In this document: positions 10,001 to 23,000 of the stretch, piece after piece
How the letters are laid out: every line of letters begins with the position of its first letter
How positions within the stretch are numbered: position 1 is the stretch's first letter
Source of the DNA: Octopus bimaculoides
Lineage: Eukaryota
Assembly (NCBI RefSeq): GCF_001194135.2
Contig: NC_068987.1
Span: 61,570,294 to 61,634,293 of the forward strand
Direction: 5' to 3'
Length of the DNA: 64,000 nt
Position numbers and translations under genes: made by a program
The notes under the pieces: model-generated
Databases searched by the model: none
Told to the model about the DNA's origin: nothing
What the model saw: the letters and a program-made list of their open reading frames with translations, nothing else

Positions 10001-13000
10001 TGGAGATTTTCCTTAATCATGTCCAATCATCTGAGGCCTGCCGTGGGGGCCTCTTCTAGCCCACAACTGCTGTGTTGAATGAGCATAAGGTCCTGGTAGG
10101 ACAATATGGTTGGAGGCAGAGGGCATGTCTGCACCAGCACATGTGCTGGATAACTATGAGACTGTGGGCTGAGTGTGCAAGCATGCAGTTTTTTTTTTTG
10201 GCAATTTGATGATATCTTCTGATGTTCTTGGTGGCTCTCAAGGTTCTGCTATTCACAAGCAGCCATATTTCTGGTCCATTGAGGAGGATGGAGAGGACAG
10301 ACTCATTGCAGAAGCAGAACTTTGTTTTCTGTGAGATAGAGCAGTGGTAACCAAAGGAGTATGTGGAAAAAGATTTTGCTGTTTAGATAAGGCTCTTCGT
10401 CTAAGAAAAATGAGAGATGAATGTTTTTAATTGTAGAACCCTATTGTTCATATATTCGTATATTTTTGCTGTTGATGAAATTTTAACCATAGATATTAGA
10501 CACAAATGAAGTAATATTTCTAAAATTTCATCTTCTTAGAAGTTAGAAAGACCCCTTCATGGGGACTTAACACCCACAATTTAGTCATTTCATCTAAGCA
10601 AAATCGAATACACTTGTACTCTTGGAAGCTGTAGGGTCACCCGAGCATAAAAGATGAGCGTTATTTGTAATTCAATGGTACAACAGTGTAAGAGTTTGCT
10701 TTGAGATATACTTAGATTGCGATTTCTGCAATGTGGTGCATAAATTGTCAAGTAAATGAGAGGCATCTTTGCCTCCACTGATTCAGTTGCAAAGTGTTCA
10801 GTAAAGTTATTTCGTTGCAGACCTCCTTTGAGTCTTTTTATTATCACTGGGTCACACATGGTCTCCCGATGGTAACATTGATTTCAAGGCCTTCCCAGAT
10901 GAGTGACTGGTTATTGAAAGACATTCATAGATTGTAAATTTATTCTGTCCAGTTACCTATCAGTATAATGGTCATTTGCAAACTCCAGAGGTGACACTTT
11001 CATTTCCCCTTAGCCCTCATGTCACACAGTTTGAGTTGGGTCATGCCCTTCGAATTGCTATAGATCTGTAATGCATTTTATGGCTGTGCCTGTCACCTGT
11101 ATGGTGAGGAATTCTACATTGGGGAGTAGTAATGACTAGGGTAGGGTAACTGACTGCTTATTGTGATCATTCGTCTTTTGGTTTCCTGTAGCTTTCCTCT
11201 CTTTTACAAACCCTGTGAACATACAAATATTTCCTATTTCAAAGAAATTTGAACAATACATATAAGACACAAGTTAAAAAGATTCTCAGCAATTCAACTT
11301 CTCTGGTTGATATTAAAACCCCCACCCCCAATAGGGGCCTTAACTCCCACATTTTAGAGCTCCGTTACCTCCATTTTTCAGGAGCAAAATCCTTTTAACA
11401 GGTTCCATAAGACTGGAATTTTGGAATCTGCGCATAAAGATCAGTAGTATGGGATACATGTGTCATGATGAGAATTTTTTTAGGGTGTGTAAAGAAGGAA
11501 AGAACCCTCATCTGCAATTTTGATGAAATTCGAATCATAGGTATTCCAGTTCATTAGAGAAAATATAACAGAAAAGTCTAATTCTTCAATTGCATGTAAC
11601 ACTGGCAACGCCGGGTATCTCTGCTAGTATCTTATTAAAATATTTTCTACTGTAGACACAACGCCTGACATTTTTGGGGAGGGGGCTAATTGATTATGTT
11701 GACCTCAGTGCTTCACTGCTACCTATTCTATCAACTCCGTAAGGATGAAAGGCAAAGTTGGACCTTGGTGGAATTTGAACTCAGAATGTAAAAATGGACA
11801 AAATGCCACTAAGCATTTTGTCTGGCATGCTAACAACTCTGCCAGCTCACCACCTTATATCATCATCATCATCATCATCATCATATGTCTGTTTTCCATG
11901 CTGGCAGGGGTTAGATGGTTTGACTGGAACTGGTAAGTCAGAGAACTGTACCAGGCTCTTTTGGCTTGGTTTCTATGGCTGGATGCTCTTTCTAATGCCA
12001 ACCACTCCTAGAGTGTTGTGAGTGTCTTTTACATGTCACTGGCACTGATCTTGACTACAATTTTACTTGGCTTGACATGTCTTCTCAAGCACAGCAAATT
12101 GCCAAAGGTTTTGATCTCTTGTTACCACCTCTGTGAGATCATGCTTCACCACCTTGTCCCATTTCTTCCTGGGTCTGCCTCTTCCACAGGTTCCCCCCAC
12201 AGTTAGAGATCAGCACTTCTTTACATAGCTGTCCTCATATCTAGACAAAAAGCTAGTTTGACAGTAAGTAGATAGTATGCTTTTTTTGCGTCATCTCATT
12301 GGCACTCTAAACATTAATGATGACAAAAAAAAAAGACTTTGTAAAATACAGCATTGCTTTGCTGGCATGGCTGTGTGGTTAAAATGTTTACTTCCTAAGT
12401 GTGTGGTTTCTGGTTTAGTCCCACCGCATGGCACCTTGGGCAAGTATCTTCTACTATAGCCCTGAGTCAACCAAAACCTTGTGAATCAATTTTGTTGACA
12501 GAAACTTAAAGCTAGTCATGTATATGTATGTGTGTGTGTGTGTGTGTGTAAATTTTCTTTGGGGTGTATATGTATGTGCCTTTGTACCTGCTTGTCTTGA
12601 CGTCTCATGATAGTTGTAAATGAATGTCTCCATCATATATGCAGTGTCATTCACTTCTGATCTTCTGTGAAAGCACGTCTAACCACGGGGAAATATGACT
12701 TTGCATGGAAGCAGGTGAGGGTTGGCAACAAGAAAGGCACCTAGCCGTAGAAAAATCTACCTTAACAAACTCTGTTTGACCCATGGAAACAGGAAAGTGG
12801 ACATTAAAACAATAATGATTATGATGATGTTTTTTTCTTTCCATGCTTTAGTGAACTATACTAATGCACAATCAGATAGCTTTAAGTATCTAACATTTTT
12901 GACACTATTTATGATGTATGTATAAATCATCATCATCATCATCATGTATGTATGAATGTCTCTTGTAAATATGTGTTGTTGTTGTTACCTTGTTCCTTTG

Positions 13001-13660
13001 TTTTCAAGCAGTGTGTCTAGTACAAGTCAGCATGATGTAGCTGCAGCTCTTTTCCAGATTATTGGTTTCACAGTTGGAAATGATATGGCTCAATAGAGAA
13101 TCAGTCATGTAACACACACTGAGTTCACTGGGGCCATATCACTACTTTAAAGTGCTTGTACAAACATACTGTTATCTAAACAATTATTTTATGCAAGCAG
13201 CAGTGCGCTAAGAAGTTTGCTTCCCAACCATATGGTTCTTGGTTCAGTATTACTGCATGGCACCTTGGGCAAGTGCCTTCCACTACAGCCCCAAGCCAAC
13301 CAAAGTCTTGTGAGTGGATTGGTAGATGGAAACTGAAAGAAGCTTGTGTGTGTGTGTGTATATATATATATCCGAATGTGGCTGATGACAGCGCCACCTT
13401 GACTGGCTTCCGTGCCGGTGGCACGTAAAAAGCACCAACTGATCGTGACCGCTGCCAGCCTCCTCTGGCCCCTGTGCCAGTGGCACGTAAAAAGCACCCA
13501 CTACACTCACGGAGTGGTTAGCATTAGGAAGGGCATCCAGCTGTAGAAACACGGCCAGATCAGACTGGAGCCTGGTGCAGCCTCCTGGCTTCCCAGACCC
13601 TGGTCAAACCATCCAACCCATGCTAGCATGGAAAACAGACGTTAAACGACGATGATGATG

Positions 13661-13720
<60 letters not shown>

Positions 13721-16304
13721 TAACAAAAAATGAAGGAGAACTTCTAACAATGTGTAATGGGAAGTTGAGTAACATTTATATATTTCAGGCCCAAAGGCCC
13801 GTAAGAAGAAGAGATTGGTACATGTGTGTGTATGTTTGAGTCAGTATGCTTTGTCTTGTTGTCTTGACATTGTGTGCTAGTTGTAAAATGATTGTCACTG
13901 TCATACAAGTGGTGTCATTCATTTCCAGTGGTCTACGAAAACATATCCAACCATGAGGAATCGTGGACCTTGCTTTGAAACAGGTGATGGTTGGTGACAG
14001 GAAGAGCATCTGGCCATAGAAAAATCTATTTCAATAAACTCCATCAAATCCCTGCAAGCATGGGAAATTGGACATTGAAATTATGAGGACAATGAAAAAT
14101 AATGACCTGCAACTTCGGACATATTTAGATTAGCATTTTTCTATATTCTTTTCTACTCTTGGCACAAGGCTTGAAATTTTTGGGGAGGGGGCCCAGTCTA
14201 TTAGATCAACCCCAGTATACAACTGCTACTTAATTTATCGACCCCAAAAGGATGAAAGGCAAAGTCAACCTTGGCGGAATTTGAACTCAGAATGTAAAAA
14301 CAGATGAAATACCACTAAGCATTTCGCCCGATGTTCTAACGTTTCTGCCAGCTCACCGCCTTAGCATTTATATATGTTAAGAAGATAATGATATTCAAAT
14401 TTGCCTTGTTATAAAGTTTAGCTCATCCTATTTCAGTATCTTTTTTTTTTACTACTATCTTCTGGAAATAATGGTTTTAGTTTTACTGTGAGGTCACTTT
14501 GTTTCTTTCATTCATTTTATGTCTATTTTTCAATGCTGGCATGGGTTAGGTGGGTATGTTATTGAGGCATTGTTTTACAGTTGGATGCTCATGTTCAAGT
14601 AAAGGATCTCTTATTCTGCAGAGCTTCAAAGATATGAGAAATGTGAACAAGAACACTGCATAGATATCATGACTTATGAATAAGCGATCTCTGATTTAAA
14701 CAAATATGTGGACCCTCCCCCACTACTCTCTCTCTCTCTCTCAATTTCTCTCTCTCACACGCACACATGTATGATGAACTTCTTTTTTAGTCTTCGTCTA
14801 TCAAATGCACTCATAAAGCTTTGGTTGGCCTGAAGCTATCATAGAAGATGCTAGCTTGAGGTGCTGCATAGTGGGACTGAACCTGAAACTGCATGGTTTG
14901 GAAGTGAACTTCTTAACCACAAAACCATGCCTGCACCTGTACACAGTTAGGTCTGTGCACTTCATGTATGCAATTTGTTTCAAGAATATAGAATATGAAT
15001 GGGGTGATGTTGTAGTCACTATCATTTCATGTCATATCATGCTGGTTGGTTCCGTTTTGATTTGCTTAGCTAATTATGTTCATTATGTGTAAGATTTTAG
15101 TACCTACTTTAATCCAAGATTTCCATTCATTATCATCAGCCACTTATTTCTCTGATCTCACTGTGCATGCTGTCAGTTCTTTACTTTTCTTGTGAACATT
15201 TCTTGCCACTGGATCCTTCTCCTCTCCTTTTGTTCAAGATATTACTAATACTCTGGTTTTTCTATTGTATATTAATAATATTACTCATAAAATGTATTCT
15301 GTATGATGATAGTGATGATAAAATATATTTTGCATTCAGTCATATCAAATCTACTCTGGTATTGTGCTGATAGAACTGGTTGAATCGTGACCCTAGCATG
15401 ACCCATTTCTTACCATATTTCTATTGAAATACACTTTGTTTATTTCAGTTCATTTTTAAAATAATAAAGCATTATTAAAACATTATTAAGCTGGTATTTG
15501 GAGCATAAATTAACATGAAATGTTGATCGGAGGCTTTAATCCTTTAGCATTACTCTGTTAAATGTAATGCCTATTTGTTGTTTTGAATTAATCCTGCGTT
15601 ATCTCACAGCTTTGAAATTTTGATGATGTGATTGTTTATTTTTAGTGTGACATTGCAGAATGGGTGTGAGAGGCTGGATGTTGTCACTTTGAACATAAAA
15701 CGGGTAGAATATGTGGGCCTGATATGGTTGATTTAAATGCTAAAGGGTTAATTAAGATCAAGGAGTTTGTATAATTGATTTAGGGGTTTTGATTTTTTAA
15801 CTCTCAGTGCTTTAATGAAATACCATGCCAATAGCAGCCTACCAAACATTACTTGAGCGATATACATATAAAGAAAGAGTGAGAGAGAATGTGGTATACA
15901 TTTATAGAAAGGGGGAATGTTTACAATGAGAAAAGCATAAATGACAGAGTTAGACAAATAGGGAGAGGGGAGAGAGAGAGAGAGAGAGAACATTTCTATT
16001 GTTGTCACAGATTTTGAAATTAAGTGAAACAAAATCTTCAAATTTGGTATATTGATGTACTTTTTCATGCTGAATCTGATTTTGTGATTCGTTTATTCCA
16101 GAAAAATTTCTCAAAAATGTTACAGAGGTTTAATGTTTGATCATTTTTACCTAATCAAAAAACAGGATTTGGAAGCTAGCATTTTCTGTGTGATAGCTGT
16201 CTATCACAAAATGAAAGTAAAAGTATTACAAGTATGAAGGCAATTACATGTCATATCAAGAGAGAGAGAGAGAGAGAGAAGCAACCTGAGTGAGAGATTT
16301 ACAT

Positions 16305-16339
<35 letters not shown>

Positions 16340-17651
16340 TAAAGAGTGTGGTAAATATATATAAAGAGGGGAAAGGTGTAAAAGATGGAGACAGAAGATA
16401 AAGAATGGTAGATTTGTAGAGTTATTTCTCATTGCAAATTATATTTTTTGATTATTATATTTTGGGGTTTCGTTGCTGCTATGGGAAGTTGTTGCTCTGC
16501 TTCACAAGTTTTTGGTTTACGAGCGGTCTCCGGGAGCAAGTTTACTCGTGTATCGAGGTATCACTGTATATATATAGTAAGTACTTTTACAGATGAGTGC
16601 CTCATGTATGTGTGTTTGAACTCAGAACATAATATATACTTATATATATATCTAAATATATATGTGTGTGTGTGTGTGTATGTACGTACGTACATATAAA
16701 AGCACTCGCGACACTCTCGGAGTGGTTGGCGTTAGGAAGGGCATCCAGCTGTAGAAACTCTGCCAGATCAGATTGGAGCCTGGTGCAGCCATCTGATTCG
16801 CCAGTCCTCATTCAAATCGTCCAACCCATGCTAGCATGGAAAACAGACGTTAAACGGTGGTGATGATGATGATGATTAATTATAATTGAATGTCATTGGG
16901 ATGCAGATTTTGAAAATCCATTTTCTTAAGGACACACTGTTTCGTAGCCTTTACACACACACACACTCATTTATAGTAGATACATTAGCATAAAGACCAT
17001 GAGAGTGACTGATGGTCAGTGAAAGAGTCAGTAGTTTGTATGGTTTACCATGCACTGCTCTTTGGAATTCACGCCCTGCCCATGTTTTTCCTGCAGTTAT
17101 CAAGTTACAGAAGGTCAAACTCAACATCAATAGCATCTGTCACAATAGTCTTAGAGAACCTACATAGTTCAAGGCTACTTATTTACCTTTCACTAAACAA
17201 CTGTTCTACAAGCAGAAGATAACACATTTTCTGGTGGAGTGAGGTGGCTGAACTGTCAATTTAGTAAACATTACTGGTATTTATTTCATTGGTCTTAGAA
17301 GTATGAAAGCAAACTTAACTTCCACAGAAATTGAATGCAGAGCATAAAGGAACTCAATTAATAAATCTCATCGTTATTTTAGTGTCCAGCTTGCCAAGCT
17401 TGTATGAGTTAGATGGAATTTGTTGAGGCAGATTTACTGTGGTTGAATGCTTTTTCTGATGCCAATCCTCTTCTGTTTCAAAGCGAAGGTAATATTTCTC
17501 TGTGATCAGACATGCTTTCATGGAAGATTGGAAATGAAAGACACTAAGATAGTGATAATCATTTACCAGTATCATGTGATGTCAAGAGGAGATACATTCA
17601 TATGTTGCATGCATACATATATATGCACATACACACACACACTCACACACG

Positions 17652-17692
<41 letters not shown>

Positions 17693-18818
17693 AAGATAGG
17701 AAAATGGAAATTTTGTGGTATAATTTATTCTCCATTATGCATGTTTCATTTTCTAATAGGTATCACAAAGGTTTATATGTTATAAAGCCATGTAAGGAAT
17801 TTCCTATTAGAGAAATTGTCAGACAGAAAATTTTATAATACAAGGCGGTGAGCTGGCAGAAACGTCAGCACGCCGGGCGAAATGCTTAGCGGTATTTCAT
17901 CTGCCGTTACGTTCTGAGTTCAAATTCCACCGAGCTCGACTTTGCCTTTCATCCTTTTGGGGTTGATAAATTAAGTACCAGTTACGCACAGGGGTCGATG
18001 TAATTGACTTAATCCTTTTGTCTGTCCTCGTTTGTCCCCTCTATGTTTAGCCCCTTGTGGGCAATAAAGAAATAAGAAAATTTTATAATATGAAAATACA
18101 TTTGAATGAGGCATTTATATTTAAATATTAATCAGGAGCATCACCAATAGTCTTTGCAATATCAAAACACAATTTCCTCATATCCTAGGCGGACCATACA
18201 GGGATGACTCTCCTTTTCTCTTTTGTCTATTAAATCTCATGTCAACCTGTGTTTCTTTCCAACAACAGACTGTAGTTGAATTCAACAACTCTGCAAATAA
18301 TATTTCCATAATCCTCAATTTTAATCATCATCATCATCGTTTAACGTCCGCTTTCCATGCTAGCATGGGTTGGACGATTTGACTGAGGACTGGTGGCATT
18401 TTAATTTAGACACAGCAGTAATAATGGATATATATTGATTGTAATAATGGAATAAGCAGATGTGCTTCAAGTGAAAACAGCTGGGATTTACTCTAAACAC
18501 CTATGTGTGTATATATATATATATACATAGGCACAGGAGTAGCTGTGTGGTAAATAGCTTGCTTCCCAACCACATGGTTCCGGGTTCAGTCCCACTGCGT
18601 GGCATCTTGGGCAAGTGTCTTCTACTATAGCCTCAGGCCGACCAAAGCCTTGTGGGTGGATTTGGTAGACAGAAACTGAAAGAAGCCTGTCGTACATATG
18701 TATATATATGTGTGTGTGTATGTTTGTGTGTCTGGTGTGTTTATGTCCCCGTCACTTTGCTTGACTAAAGTTGGTGCTCCAGCATAGCCGCAGTCAAATG
18801 ACTGAAACAAGTAAAAGA

Positions 18819-18851
<33 letters not shown>

Positions 18852-19981
18852 AGAGTTAAGGAATTGTGTAGATAAGATCCGGGCTCAGAAGTGATAAATA
18901 TCCAAGCAAGGTGTATACCACAGGCTACTCTTCAGGCCAAGGATTTCTTGATTAAATGAAAGTTTACATTGTCGCAAGGAGGTACATGTTAACGTGTGTG
19001 TGTTTTGGGGCTAAATTTCACAGTTTGCATAAAGGGAAGACACATCACAATACTACATCCAAATATAAAAGTATATTCATTTCTACTCTAGGCACAAGGC
19101 CCGAAATCTTTGGGGAGTGGGCCAGTCGATTAGATCAACACCAGTATGCAACTTGTACTTAATTTATTGACCCTGAAAGGCTGAGAAGCAAAGTCGACCT
19201 TTGTGGAATTTGAACTCAGAAGGTAGACAGAAGAAATACTGCTAAGCGTACTAACGTTTCTGCCAGCTCGCCACCTTAAATATAAAAGTATGGCTGGGAG
19301 ATAACAAAGTAGCTACCCTCAGCTTCCACTATGGTCCCAGGACTGAAAAATGTCTGTCATATCTATCTATCTATCTATCTATCTTTCTGTCTGTCTGTCT
19401 ACATATAATCATTGTTTAACATCCGTTTTCCATGCTGGCACAAGTTGGACGGTGTCATAACTTAGCAGTTTGCAGTTTGGCAAAAGACAATGGTAGAATA
19501 AGTACCAGGGGTTAATTCATCTGACTAAAATTCTTTAAGGTGGTGCCCCTGCAAAGCCTCAGAGTAATGACTGAAATAAAAGACAAATTATAAAAGATAT
19601 ATATTATTAGTTAATAAATCGTATGGTATACACCTGATATTTTGTCGGTAAAGCTTCTTCACTGGCTCAGATCGGTTGAAACAATTTTAGTGATCAATAA
19701 AAATTCTTGTATCTTCCATCTTCCATCTCTCTTGTTAATCAAATATATCTCATCATCATCATTTAACATCCATTATCTATATGGGTTGGACAGTTTGACC
19801 AGAGTTCTGGAAGGCTGCACCAGACTCCAGTCTGATTTGACATGGTTTCTATTGCTGAATGCCTTCCCTAATGCCAACCACTTCAAGAGTGTAATGGGTG
19901 TTTTTATGTGCCACCGACACAAGTGCCATTTGTGTAACACCAGTATCTACGACAAATGCGATTTTACTTAGATTGATGGGT

Positions 19982-20028
<47 letters not shown>

Positions 20029-23000
20029 CAAGTATCTTTCAGTTTACATCTTGCCCAAAATGCTATGCAATGGGACTATGTGGATGGCAAGTGAACTTAA
20101 TCACATGACCATGCTTTTGCCTAATATCGCAAATCATTTTGTGTGATTCTCTACACATTCATGCAAATTGATCACTATTCCCCGAATAAATAATAAATAA
20201 AAAGACTAATAATTTTGGAAAAAATCCATTAGGTTTCAAGATAATTTTTGTATTATGTATTCAAATTGTTATTCAAACATCTTTAATGTGTTTAAACTTG
20301 AGTATATTTACTGAATATTTCTTAAACTGTTTGGATATAAAATGATACAATATTCACTTTTTATCTCAGGAAAGTCTATCTTCATTTCAAGATTGAAATG
20401 AACCATGTGACAGATCCTATCCAGAAAAAGGTAAATCGATAATTTTTTTTTTAATTTACATTTTCATTGACGATAAATCATAATTCTTGTAGGAGCATTG
20501 CATTTATTCAGTTTTAAGTAAATGATTCTTTTCTTTTTCCTGTTTCTCTGAAAAATTAGTTGGATGTAATTAGGTGCAAAAAAAAAAAAAATCATTATCA
20601 TTGCTTATTTGTATTAGTTTTAGTATTAGGACTTTAGATCTATATAATCTATATAAAGAAAAGTAACACTTATGATGATTGAAATAAATATCAAATTTAA
20701 TGATGAATTTTCTGAAATGATTCATCACCATTGTATGTTTGTTATTAATCCTTTTGTTACCATACTTCTGTTGAAATACTCTGCATTTGTTTTAGTTAAT
20801 TTTGAAATAATTACATCATCATCATCATCATCATCATCATCCTTTAAGGTCTGTTTCCATGCTGGAATGAGTTGGATAGTTTGACCAGAGCTGGCAAGCT
20901 AGAGAGCTGCACCAGACTCCAGTCTGATTTGGCATGGTTTCTACAGCTAGATGCCCTTTCTAACACCAACCACTTTACAGAGTGTGTTGGGTACTTTTTA
21001 TGTGGCACTGGCATGGGTGCTTTTATGTGGTGTCTGCATGGGTGCTTTTACATGGTGGCAGCATGAGTACTTTTTATGTGGCACCAGCTCAGGGCTCTTG
21101 CAGACCGATCCTCTTTAGTTGGGGAAGTAGCATTAGTACTTCTGCTGTGGAGGACAGATCTTCCTGAGTACAGCAAAGTGCTAGATATCTTGGTCCTTTT
21201 AGTAAAATAAATTTGTGATTTCGTTTTTGGATTTGGTTTGCAAGATTTTTTATGTGATTTTGTGTGTTGAAGCATGTTCTGTTGTGTCTGGGGAGAGTCT
21301 TTTTCTTATCGTGCCTTAAAATTTAACACACTCACTGAGAGTCAAGACTATTGAAAAGGTTGCAAGACGCAACGAAAATTTTAGGAAAATAAAAATAATA
21401 AGTGGAAATTTTAACGGTGAGTGTGTTAAATTTTAAGGCACGATAAGAAAATGACTCTCCCCAGACACAACAAATTTGTGATTATTAAGCTGATGTTGGG
21501 AACATAAATTAACATGAAAATTTGATGGCAGGTTTTAATTTAGTTCCCGTTAAAGCATGAAGTTTGTATCTTTGAACCAGGGGCAGTCTCAGGTGAGTTG
21601 GTATTGAAAGGCTTAAACATGGTGTGAAGCTGATGGTTGGCAGAATCAGTACAGCACTGGACAAAATACCCCACATGCTTTATTTAATTCCTTCTATAGG
21701 AGTTCAAATCATGTCAAGGCTGGCTTTGTTTTTCATCTGTCTGAGTTAGATAAAATATGTAGCTGTGAAATCCATCCAAAATTTGGCTTTGTTTCTGTTT
21801 TAGCAGTTAATACACCCGATGACTCCATATGTTATTACCATGTGGTAGATCTGCAGAGAATAGCTATAAACTATGTTTTTAATTTTGTGACCACACATTG
21901 TGAATTTTTGGATTTTTTCATTTTTGTCAGGAAGGGCTTCTGTTGATTGAATAAACTCCAATATATTACTGTAAAGTAGAATTAAAGAACCATTTTAATA
22001 TCAGGGGTGAAATGCAAATACACAGGAACCTATGGGAGACGTTTCTGAGTTGAAAAAAAAAAACGAATCTTCAATTTTACAAAATCATAGTGGTGCACCT
22101 TATATAAAATTACTGTTTGGGTTTTAAGAAATCTCATAACAAAAAAGTTAATGTATTTTATCTTTTTTTTTTCTCTCTTTTTTATTTCAGGAACTGGTCA
22201 TCCGGTTAACAGATGAGAAAGACTTGTTCTTTCTCTACACTCTTCATTTAGGTGAAGAAGATTTCCAATGGTGAATACATTTCTTCTTTCTCAATTTCAT
22301 GTTCTTAGCATTCTAACTGGCCTAATTCTGACACCAACCAATAAAAACTGATTTTTGTTCAAATTGGCTGTTTTTTTTTCAGTGATACAGGTGTGACTGT
22401 GTGGTAAGTACTTTGCTTCTCAACCACATGGTTCCGAGTTCAGTCTTACTGTGTGCCACCTTGGGCGAGTGCCTTCAACTATAGCCCTGGGCTGATCAAA
22501 ACTTTGAGTAGATTTGGTAGATGGAAACTGAAAAGAAGCCTATCGTGTGTGTGTGTGTGTGTGTTGTCCCTCAGCCACTATGTGACAACTGACATTGGTT
22601 TGTTTGAAAGACACCAAGTCCTGTTGACATGTAATCTTGATATGATCTAGTTAAGTCTATCTTGTTACTTTTGGGATCAAACCAAATGTAGAAGAAAAGC
22701 ACTTAAGTGATGGTGGGAAGGAGAAAATTGTGGTCTAAAATTAAGGCTATGTGTATACAGGTGAAGTAGATGAATTGAGAATATATGAAACAATTGACCC
22801 TTGTGTTATGGGTTCATACTCTGTTGTAGATGGTGGTGTTTAGCCATAGATTAGCCCAGATTACATTGATCAAAGTGTTCTAGCTGTGACCTACATCAAG
22901 ATTATCCAATATGTCACCTACAACAAAATTACTCAATATGTCCTTTATGAAAACTATGAACTGAAGGAGATTTGGGTGCTATTTCTAACAGATCAAGTGA

